Virus record (IMG/VR): IMGVR_UViG_3300001765_000038
Location: 11,777 to 75,776 of that record
Direction: 5' to 3' (one strand)
Source of the DNA: a virus
Taxonomy: Duplodnaviria > Caudoviricetes
DNA length: 64,000 nt
Part shown: positions 11,901 through 20,800 of the stretch, piece by piece
Position numbering within the stretch: position 1 is the stretch's first letter
Layout: every line of letters begins with the position of its first letter
The notes under the pieces: generated by a model
The model's input: the letters and a program-made list of their open reading frames with translations, nothing else
Databases searched by the model: none
What the model was told of the DNA's origin: nothing
Made by a program: the position numbers and the translations under genes

Positions 11901-13016
11901 ATTACTTAATGTTCCTACTTGTGTAGGGCTTGAGCGTTCTATAATATCTTTTAGTCCTAACTGACCATATAAATTATAGCCCCAAGTCCATAACGTATTA
12001 TTGGTTTTAACTGCTACAGAAAAATCATGAGTTGCTATTTGACGCCAATTACTTAATGTTCCTACTTGTGTGGGAACAGATACACTAAAAGCTGAACTTA
12101 ACCCAAGTTGACCGTTCCATCCATTACCCCACATCCATAAAGTACCATTAGATTTAATCGCACTAACTGTATCCCACCAACAACTTATTTTTGCGCCAGA
12201 CCAATTATTTAATATACCAACTTGTGTTGGTGATGAATGATCAACATCTAAAGTACCGAGACCAAGACAGCCATTGTTATCATCACCAGAAGTCCATAAA
12301 GTGCCATCAGTTCTAATAGCAAAAAATCCATGCCAGCTAGTTGTAACATACGTCCAATCACTTAATGTTCCCACTTGTGTAGGTGATGATCTATCAGTAT
12401 CGCCAGCATCACCCAAACCCAAATGCCCTTTAAAATTATAACCACAATTCCACATCGTACCGTCGGATTTAATTATTGAATTTACATATCCGCAAGAAAC
12501 ACTTGTCCATTTATCTTGACCAAACATAATCATCACTGGGGCAGATCTATCATTAAGATCACCAAGACCTAATGATCCATAATATTGATTATATCCACAT
12601 GTAAATAACCCAGGTGCACCTGAAACTGGTTGATAACTTTTTCCATCTTTATTATCAACTTTTCCTACTAAATATAAATTAGGATTTGATGAAGGAAAAT
12701 TCTCGTCTATATTATGTAAAACAATAGATAATTCACCAGTTGCGGAACTTTTAAGTTGATATGAACGATTGACACAATAAGAAATTTGTGTTTGATCATT
12801 ATCGTCCTTTAGAGTTTTAACATATGGATGTTGTAAATCTCGTAAAAAATTAGAATCACCTTGTAACTTTACATCCTTTTTCCAAAAATATGGAACATTA
12901 GGTAAAACTGAGTTTGCAGTATTAGTATCATTTATTTTGGTAGTTGGAATAATAGCATTTCCATAAGAATCAATACCAAACTTTTTTACTTTATAATAAT
13001 CAACTTTTTTTGCCAT
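5949..13016 (-). CDS. DUF4815/VrlC-like baseplate structural protein, paralogue 2 C-terminal part, with two RCC1/BLIP-II repeat blocks
   Basis: Collinear with paralogue 1 (DYLDFRP, RFKSGFFIDTF, YQVTGDLVTLP, DPLAQSF, VPRIKNLRVI) but lacks the N-terminal PYYDD domain. RCC1 repeats at about 11560-12610 and about 9750-10855. Confidence 0.8.
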   Translation of the reverse strand: MAKKVDYYKVKKFGIDSYGNAIIPTTKINDTNTANSVLPNVPYFWKKDVKLQGDSNFLRDLQHPYVKTLKDDNDQTQISYCVNRSYQLKSSATGELSIVLHNIDENFPSSNPNLYLVGKVDNKDGKSYQPVSGAPGLFTCGYNQYYGSLGLGDLNDRSAPVMIMFGQDKWTSVSCGYVNSIIKSDGTMWNCGYNFKGHLGLGDAGDTDRSSPTQVGTLSDWTYVTTSWHGFFAIRTDGTLWTSGDDNNGCLGLGTLDVDHSSPTQVGILNNWSGAKISCWWDTVSAIKSNGTLWMWGNGWNGQLGLSSAFSVSVPTQVGTLSNWRQIATHDFSVAVKTNNTLWTWGYNLYGQLGLKDIIERSSPTQVGTLSNWNKVACGYGQTIVTKTDGTAWAWGRNDYGQLGIDDIVHRSAPTQVGFLSDWASADASTYSSMLIKNDNTVWTCGYNDTGQLGLGDIVDRSSPAQITSLIDIQNAFMDGYALYLQGTDLPHIALIDNSLTANPVPSSDNMILSSDFKQVTFKNLNPDTMYRAIVPVKKSKQSVKEKTKTKKIKTVYFNTLNSVHKSEIDLGTPDVISILSIRESGGAKFNLNFRNTFVEYSALNELDITDKYRLSPNINDFYYDNSIITSINSFEPAAPIQITFNYYEHSDGDYMSVDSYNLPLEKMPVYKGKLISDYLDFRPVAASLALEISADGVTPPEDIANDSSSSTNYIRKATTSPLHAWGYNIHGQLGDNSISFKSSPVQIGSLADWSQIVAGGAASYAIKKDGSLWSWGYDSHGKLGHGTTDYNLSSPTMLGTAVNLTCDMASLDSDPNENLRNWEKVTAGYLFALAKRTNGTLWTWGYDGYGSLGQGSNIDLSSPTQVGTMSDWNKITCSYASWASIKDDNTLWICGYNVYGDLGLGDTNNRSSPTQVGTMSDWGTLSENAYASSFFAIKTNGTLWGWGFDNDGKFSTEFPTSKSVPVQIGSLCDWKSVTQDWNSVFAIKNDNTLWAWGRNEYGQLGRNNLITQSSPCQVGSLNDWNKIGTNWGSVYAIKNNGTMWVWGSNWAGQLGINSTISRSSPIQLDTLSVWSDISGYDNHVLALQIKSSDVGIDGNGNYVLNKNTSFSSTKSTVVTDGTLNNASVTEPLSSNFDIEVAYQYYLPRYDILQVGDIGSLRVTNGNASDMPIVPTALPTYTSIAKISLDPYIIDVTKNIKLDEIRMNGYTMRAIGSIDKRLNNAVLSLSMSAANSVESSTVYDENGLSRFKSGFFIDTFVDHSRANVTDPGFKAAIDYDTQECRPTYSVANINLIEDSPELRKARHYQVTGDLVTLPFIDAVVSSNKIATTPNSVTPFSTLKKRTGSLNIFPSYDTWIDSESLPDVNQLNDGNYNSLQQAAQRLGILKTVWGAWKDTARVIASSKTSIDSSSTNSVSSSTTIAGTTTTTTRTTTTVTTIDGINNVSQLKLGTETVAQERQDELGRITGIQNTVWDVYARQKVIVFYGQNFLPNYQLYAYIDNIEVTDYVDTAYSLAYTGKVGEFLNYLNSPISQTNLEYRQYGPNSYDILDRGEIVVGSTSKATAILLTDEYDNLKVTNIQGTFLEGETVTGLTSKAYVTISSITKDAFVSSPSGSVYGVLVFPNNDNIKFLAQIVNIQIRDNKNIVNSVTSAVATYDPHGLSFTTQTDILSVKNANIVDVELQQSQVVQENWTTSSTNVSSITTSAFTPAPTPAPTVAPSIFGSPPPTTATARSSISTILADFIDGGGGGGDGGGGGDPLAQSFVVDSFGAGIFVTKVDLYFYNVKQNAYPVFVELREMVNGYPAIQAIPMSTVVKNADELNYSSTKLVSTTFTFNAPVFLKNETEYCIVIGSNYVMDNGVTVWTSELGELDIYGNMCVKQPTLGTMLQSQNGSSWTAYQMQDLCFTLYKAQFDISGAGTVYLNNNYFNADKMIIDPIKTSVGLTQARVLHESHGLINGDYVKFNANENTSLQAVSSSFANPDNMLFAVNDATTDSFIINIAAATASTWSGDDSLYMMGNKKYDVLYLDGNDFVLLGTYIDYSFAKTNDSRVKENTYQKIELERSAYLTEPGWVLSKENEDRLLTGKKSFTLNALLYSKNPDLSPIIDLSTFSVNAISNKIDNYDFDTNKPIDKNILYSGSVSLLFNSTASAIVCTSAAEIYHKAKVGQTLEFENTVSNDGIQMLIINKVNTGTDLILYVRNDSDMIYESITADIVAYSYDFYTDSASINYNTNSASYCSQVISLQTPVDGFILFYDYNLPYGSEIRIYYKKCRGDYEFNNAVWTLGNTIYNDSRGINVKVTNNSNEFIEKRFDFNFSNSIDIYDKLEIKVDLRSTNTSAVPRIKNLRVIMVL

Positions 13017-13026
13017 GGTTTTTAAC

Positions 13027-14826
13027 CTATATTAAATCTGTATATACAACGAATGGATCGCCTGGGCTTAATTCAGCATTTAAATCGTTTCCTTCACCTG
13101 TAAATGCAGCAGTATACGAGGTAGGACCAGAACCAAAATTATATTGCCATAATCCACCTGGCAATTGAGTAACATTTCCTAAAATTTCTGCGTAAAATGT
13201 ACCATCTGGTGCTCTAATTGATCTAGCATCTTTGTTCAAATTATAATTTTGATCAATCTTTAAATCAAAGATATATGCTTTATATGTTGCAACTGAAGAT
13301 GAGACATATAATGTTGTTGGGTCAATTTCTCCAAACGTTTCGGTATTATATTCAAAATTTCTAATTTTACAAACACCTATCGGTAAATCATTATAACTAT
13401 ATATGACATGATTAATTAGTGCTCTATTATTTTCATCTATATTTGTTAAAACTGGCAACCCTCTAACCCCAGTAACGATCAAATATTGACCAACTGGGCT
13501 TGTTAAAAAGTAATTATTAGATTGTTTGAAATCTCTAGTTTTATCTATTGGTGCTAATTTAAAGCCATTGGTTACATCAACTTCTTTACCCTTGATATAC
13601 ATTTTGCCGCCAGAAACTTTAACTAAAGCGACCTTTGATCTATATAATTCATCTTCTAATGTTAAATTATCTGTATGAGGATAATATCCATTATTGTATT
13701 TTGGATTAGAAACACAAACCCAATTAATTGATCCATCTAAAATTTCATTTACTTTTATGACTGGAATTGTAGATCCAGAAACACCATCATTGAGTGCTAC
13801 TAAATTATACGTTATATCATTTTGGGTGATAGTAATAACATCATCCATTAAATATGGAGTTGCTGCTAACCAATCTCCTCTATTGTTATTTCTATATTCA
13901 ATGAACTCATATTTTATAGGTTTTAAAATATAATCACCAGATTCGTCATATGTGCGTCTAGATAAAATAGTACCTAATTGGCCAAGTTCAGTTTTATCTA
14001 CTATAGTTTGAACTTCACCATCTTTAACACTTAATAGTGGAATAAAATTTGTATTAGTTAAATCTGAAAAATAATCATATTTAGTCAATACTAAATCTAT
14101 ATGCATTCTATCAGCACCGACCGCAACTGGATTGTTAAATCCTGCTGAATTATCATATAAAGAAGAATCATCTGATACTGTAACTATTGATGTAACTACA
14201 TCAAATCCTACAACATAAGAAGGTCTTTTATCAAATTTATTGAGCGATATAGTTTGTTTTCTATTTTGAACAAAGTATCCGTTTATATAATAAACACCAC
14301 TTATAACTGTTGCTAAAGAACTATTTGATTCAAAATCATCTACATTTTTAATTGAAACATATCTACTTTTATCTTCAATATATAATAATTCTTCTGTTCC
14401 ATATGTTCTTACTAATTCTCCTTCTGGAGTGGTACCACCTGACCGATAAAACACATATAACATAGGTGGATCAGTATCAGTAGCTTTATCAGCATGCACA
14501 ACATATGCATTTATTCCAGTTATTGAACTTATTATATTTTTACCAATAAATTCTTCTATGTAATTAGATACTGCTAACCCATTATAAAATTCATTCAATT
14601 TTATACCGAATGTATTGGGTTCATATGATACGTTTCCAGGAAATACCATTGCTCCATTACTAAAAGTAAAATCAGCAACTCTTTTTAATTGCTCTTGAAT
14701 ACCCGATTGCAACTGAGTAAGTTCTCGAGACTGGAGTGCAGTACTTGGATTGAATATTATTTTATGATAATTTTTAGATACATCATAATCATCATAATAT
14801 GGAGCTTCTGAATAAATTTTAGTCAT
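13027..14826 (-). CDS. DUF4815/VrlC-like protein, paralogue 2 N-terminal part
   Basis: EAPYYDDYD.SKNYHKIIFNP...QSRELTQLQS, SGVYYINGYFV, GADRMHIDLVL, RRTYDESGDY; aligns to about the first 590 aa of paralogue 1. Confidence 0.8.
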   Translation of the reverse strand: MTKIYSEAPYYDDYDVSKNYHKIIFNPSTALQSRELTQLQSGIQEQLKRVADFTFSNGAMVFPGNVSYEPNTFGIKLNEFYNGLAVSNYIEEFIGKNIISSITGINAYVVHADKATDTDPPMLYVFYRSGGTTPEGELVRTYGTEELLYIEDKSRYVSIKNVDDFESNSSLATVISGVYYINGYFVQNRKQTISLNKFDKRPSYVVGFDVVTSIVTVSDDSSLYDNSAGFNNPVAVGADRMHIDLVLTKYDYFSDLTNTNFIPLLSVKDGEVQTIVDKTELGQLGTILSRRTYDESGDYILKPIKYEFIEYRNNNRGDWLAATPYLMDDVITITQNDITYNLVALNDGVSGSTIPVIKVNEILDGSINWVCVSNPKYNNGYYPHTDNLTLEDELYRSKVALVKVSGGKMYIKGKEVDVTNGFKLAPIDKTRDFKQSNNYFLTSPVGQYLIVTGVRGLPVLTNIDENNRALINHVIYSYNDLPIGVCKIRNFEYNTETFGEIDPTTLYVSSSVATYKAYIFDLKIDQNYNLNKDARSIRAPDGTFYAEILGNVTQLPGGLWQYNFGSGPTSYTAAFTGEGNDLNAELSPGDPFVVYTDLI

Positions 14827-14834
14827 TAAAAACC

Positions 14835-17800
14835 TTAAGCAAGAGCAATTAATCTAAAGTTTTTGATCCTAGGCACTTTGGATGTGTTATTAGATCTAAA
14901 CACAACTTTAACAGTAATTTGATCATATTGTACTTCTGTATTATATTTATTGACAATATTATTCATATCATATTCATGTTCTATAAATGTATCATATTTT
15001 TCTACATCTTGATATACATCATCTTCTAATTTGATCCATGGTAATTTCTCAATGTTTGTATAATCAGACTTTATAGCAATTTTATAATAAACATCAATGA
15101 ATGCATCTTTAGGTTTATTGTAATCAAAAAACAATCTAAATCCTGTTGATGGTTGAGCTAATTCAACTATACTTGTTACATAATTTGATAAATTACTTGA
15201 ACCATCTGAAGCAATAAAATCTACATAATGATCATACACCTGAATTGATACAGGAACTGATCCTAATGGAGTAGGCACTGATGCTGTTGGTAAAATACCA
15301 TCAACTGTAATAGTTAATGTTGTCGTTCCATCTGTATAAACTTTAGTAATCATCATTGGACTTATTGATCCAACGGTAGTATTATTTAAAAGTAAATATC
15401 TACCCACCTTCAATGTATTGAAATTATCAGCTAAATCACCAACAATACCACCTGTAATAGTGATTGTATCATCTAATAATGTTATTGTACTTCCATAATA
15501 ACCAGAAGTAGTCAAATTAATGATATATCTTTTATCTACGTCTAAATTAATAGTTGGTGAAGGATTATTAATCTTATTTCCTATTGTATAAACAGCATAT
15601 GAAGGAAGATCTATAACTGGAGAAAGATTTTCATTTTTACTTAAAATGTATGCTTTAAGTTTAAATGAACTTTCTTTTGTAAAGATGTCTTCATTTTCTT
15701 TAGATAAAATAAATTGTGGATTTTCAAATGTCACATTTTGATTTATTTGAATTGGTATTTCATCTGGTTGAACTTCAATTGAGTTATTTACTAATGCACT
15801 GCTATTGAAGGTGTATTGAATATGTGTTCCTGGCAATACAAAATCTGCACCATTAAAATACATTGTATCCATGCGTCTATCTGAAGTTGCAATGCATTCT
15901 TTGTTTCCATAATGACCAGATGTTACTGCTGCTACTGGTAATGTGATTGTATAAGTATCCAACTCAACATTTGATACAGTAAATTTACTATTAAGTTCTG
16001 TTTGTGAAGGATGTGTCAAATTAGTTATAACATTGCTAAATGTTACACTTGCACCATTTATGAAACCGTGATTTTGATGAGTTACTCTTACTATTTTTGA
16101 ACCAGAAGTAAGTTTGAAAGGATTGATACCTAACATTGACGTTTCAGTATTATTATTCTTAAATGTAAACACACCTGTATTAGCAGTATCAAATTTAGCT
16201 TTATATAAAGTAAAACACATGTCAGTCAATTGATCTGTATCCCATGTGCTGTTATTTTGTGATCTAAAGAATGATCCAGCAGCAGGTTGTTTAGTGATAA
16301 TTTGACCATCTAAACCAGCCTCACCCATTTTAGCAATCCACACCTTAGAATCACTTTGATCTGATCCCATAACGATACAATATTCAACACCATCTTTAAG
16401 ATATACAGGAGATGGGAATGTGAATTTAGATGGAGCTAAAGCTCTACTAGATCCTCTAAGTTCTCTTGGCATTTTTGTTAATGCACCAAACGGTACAATC
16501 ATTGGACCTGGATATCCATTAACCATTTCACGAATTTGCAAGAATATAGATGCTGTAGAATTAAGATCAACTGTATGAAAATAAACATCAACAGCTGTCA
16601 CAAATATACCACCAACATCACTAACTTGGAATGATTGTGCGATTGGATCTAAACCTATAGGTGTGAATGGTCGATAAGCAATAAATAGTGCTGGTAATCC
16701 ACAACCGTAACAACCTGTATTAGTTCTTGGCGCTTCTGTTGGAGCAGGTGCACGAGTCGGAGCAGGAGTTACATATACAATTTTTGTAATAACTCTAGGT
16801 GGCGTCGGCGCTGGTGTTGGAGGTGGAGGTGGAGGTGGTATAGCAACATCTGAATATGTTGAAGATTGAGAATTTGTTGTTACAGCACCCACTATCTTCG
16901 ACCAATTTTCAGTAGTTTGTTTTGTATCTGAAACATCTCTTGAAACAATCGTACCATTTCTCACAGTCATAATTGTTGTTTGTTTAACTTGAATTATACC
17001 ATGACCGTCATATTTTGCTTCGCTATTAGTAGTAATAGCGTCTTGTGTGTCGGCATCACGCAACGAAATAGTTAAAATGCCTGCGGGTACTCTAACAGTA
17101 CTGTTATTTGGTATAGTTACAATACCATAAAAATTACCGGCGCTATTTGTCTTAATTGTTGATTCTGTGACAATTTTATCAAAAACAAGTGTAGCTTTAG
17201 AACTTTGTCCAACGATAGTTTCACCTTTAATAAAGGTACCCTTGATGTTAATAATTTTCAAAACATCTTCAGTTGCTGTTACAAATTGTCTTTCTTCACA
17301 AATTGTAATTGCTGTAGCTCCAGAAGTAGTACCCTTGATGACTTCTCCTCTTTCTAATATATCATATGAATGTGAACCATATTGACGGGCGGTTAAGTCT
17401 TGATGATCAATGTTTGAACTAATATAATCTAAAAATGTTCCGTTCTTAGATGTATAATATAATGTAGTTGCAGCGCTAGCATAAGAAGTTAAAGGAGTAT
17501 TTTCGATGAACACACTTAAGCGCACATTTGGCATCATCTTCTTGCTATACAATACCACACACTTTTCACGCATCCAAGGCGACCAGAGTTCATCAATAAC
17601 GTTAGTTACTTGACCTACTGTATCCCAACGTTCTTGCATTTCTGAATAAACACCTGTTCTGCTCCAATTTAATTGATCTGTACCAGTCTGTGTAGTAGTC
17701 AATGTAGTAGCAGTAGTGGTAGTAGTGGTAGTTCTATTGACAACACCACCGATGTTTTGAGTCGATGAAGCAACTCCTGCCACATTTGAAGATGTTGAAG

Positions 17801-20800
17801 AAGATAAATTTGTATTAAGTGTTGTTCTTGCAGTTGTCTGCCAAGAATTCCAAACAGTACCTAAAATACCAGTTGATTGTGCTATCGTCTGAACAGAATT
17901 AAAATTACCTTCAGACTTAGTTGTAACTGACGGAACAGTAGTGGTGTCAACCCATGTATCACCTACTGGGAAAATATTTAAATCACCATGCATTGATCTA
18001 ATATAAACATAAGGAGTGATACTTTCACCACTACTAGCTATATTCTGTTTAATAGCAACAACTTCAGTATATGGTAATGTAACCAAATCACCAGTTACTT
18101 GATAACCTTTTGATGCTCTCGAACTTGTTAAGCTTTCAATCAATTTAACACTATCAGCATAAAATGTAGGACGACATTCTAAATTACCAGCATCAATAGC
18201 ACATCTATAGCTTGGATTAGCAACATCACCAACACCATGATCTTTAAATTGATCAACAATAAATCCATTTTTATAACGATTCAATCCATTCTCATCTTTG
18301 ATTTGCATGTTGCTTGTAGCAATTTCTAAAGATGTTAAAGAAATATAATATTCAGCGTTTTTAACTCTGCTATCTATTTTACCAATGTCTTTCATTGTGT
18401 AACGTTTTAAATCTGCAACTTCAATATTGATGTTGTTGGAATTTACTTTAACAGTATATGGTGCTAAACTTGCATATGCCAATATAACATTATCATCATT
18501 TGGTAATGGTGCTATTGGTGTGTCACTTGGAGTTCCTTGTTCTACTCTAAATGAACCTGTTGTATCCAATTGAATAATGTCTCTTCTAGGAAGATAATAT
18601 GAATAACTTAAATTGATTGGATATTTTGATGATAATGGTTCTGTTTGATACAATGAATAATCATATGGATCATATGGTCTAAAATCTAAATAATCACCAA
18701 TACTTGCATTATTATATACTGGAAGTTCTGAATAAGTAAATTCATTATATGAATCAATACTATAATAATCACCAGCACCAGTAGTATCGAATTTTTCAAA
18801 AATGATTCTAATTGGGCCACTTGGAATAAATCCTTGAACTGGTGATATTGTCGAATAACTTAATGTGCTAGCTGAGCTATTAGAAACACAACGATAATTA
18901 TCTGTTACATCAATATTAAAAGGTGTTGTTACTGTAACCACAGCATCAGGTGTATTAAAATCAAATTTATCAGTACATTGATAAACGCCTATTAATTTAG
19001 AACCACCCGACCATGTAGCAAGAATATTATTTGAACCTATTACATCATTGAGTTTCGTATAATCAGTATGTGCTATGCTTCTAATTTTTTGCTTTTCTTT
19101 AGCTGCTTGTTTTTCTTTTCTTATGATCGCTTTAAGATAATATGAACCTGTAGCTAATCCAGTAAGAGTAAGTTCTGTAGAATCTGGTGATTTAGAAAAA
19201 GTAACACCATCATTTATACTTAACGGATAATTCAAACCAGATGAATTAACAAATAGATAATTTCCAACAACTAAATCAGCAAATGTTTCAAATGGGCGAC
19301 TTAATGTTATTGTTACAGGAGAACCAACACTTACAATGCTAAACATACGATTCACATAATAACTAATATCAATAGATAAATCATCTGCTCCTCTTACTGA
19401 TCTTACAAATGAGTGATCTAATTTTTTCAATAAATCAACTGTTCCATGTAACACTGTTCTTTTTACATATATTGAATACCACTCACCGTTATTAGGAATA
19501 AATCCGGATCCAAGATCACCAATTGTTAGTGTTGATGAGTTGAGTACAGTTGAAACACGATATGTTCTATTATCAACACTGATATAATCACCAGAAACTA
19601 GTTCTGATGTGAATAATGTACTTTGACCACTTAATGTAGTACTACCGTATGATTGTACTGAACCGCTTAAGAGTACGTCATCTCCTACCACATAATATAA
19701 TGCTGTTCCACCATTTTCTTGTAAAAATCTAACATCTGATATGCCATAACCATCATTCATCATAATTGATACAACATACAATCTATATTTACAATCATGG
19801 TAACCAATAATACCACTCTCATATTCAATGTTTCTAACATAACATTGTCCAATTAAACCAGCTTCGCCAAGTAATTCAAGATATGGATAAAAGTTTGGTG
19901 TTATACCCTGGAAATTTGGAAGATTTTGAGCACCATTTACTATAAAATATTGTCCCATATCACTATTGATATTGACATTTTCTATATTTTTATATGTTCT
20001 TGCCTTATCGAAGAAAGCAATTTTATATCCATTAACTGCTATTTCATAACCTTTGATATATGCTTTTCCGCTATTAATCTTATACACTGCTAATGCAGCA
20101 TAATCTAATTGTGTTTCGATAGTCTGTTCATCAGTTGGAGCTTCATAACCAAAATTAAAATTAGGTTTTCTAGTTGTTTCCCATGTTATATTGCCATCAC
20201 TACTTGGTGTGAAGAATTCATCTGTTGTTGGTGCTGTTGCACCAGATGTTCCACTGTTTTTAGCAGTAAAAAATACATCATTATAACTAACAATATCTCC
20301 TTCTAAATAAACTCTATTTGTAACCCATTCACCGCGATCATTATTTCTAAAATCGATTAAATCAATTTTAAAAGGTTCAACTACATAATCACCAGATTCA
20401 TCGTATGTTCTTCTTGCGAGAACTTTTTCTAAATCACCTAAACGAGTAGAATTGACTTTAAATTGTTGAGTGCCGTTTTTAACATGTAATAAATCAATAA
20501 ATTGATCTGATGTAGTATTGTCTATTTGATCTTCTAAAAGAATATTTTTAGTAAGTTCAAGTTGAATTTGATATCTATCAGCGCCAGCTGCACCATAATT
20601 GGATGAATCAATTGCAATATCTTTTAATGATGGATCGATAGCAGATGTTACAATATTTTCGACAAAATTTAAACCAACTCTATAAGATGGATAATTACTA
20701 TATTTGTCAAGTGAAATTGTCTGAGATAAATTTTGAACAAAGAAACCATTAATATAATACACACCTTCAGTAATAGAAGCTAAAGAACCATAGCCCTTAT

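Noticed and set aside
13017-13034. Stop-codon readthrough, alternative genetic code or programmed frameshift joining the two halves of DUF4815 paralogue 2
   Set aside because: The downstream ORF is in the +1 frame, there is no slippery or shift-prone codon pair, it has its own RBS, and multi-kb ORFs elsewhere read cleanly in code 11.
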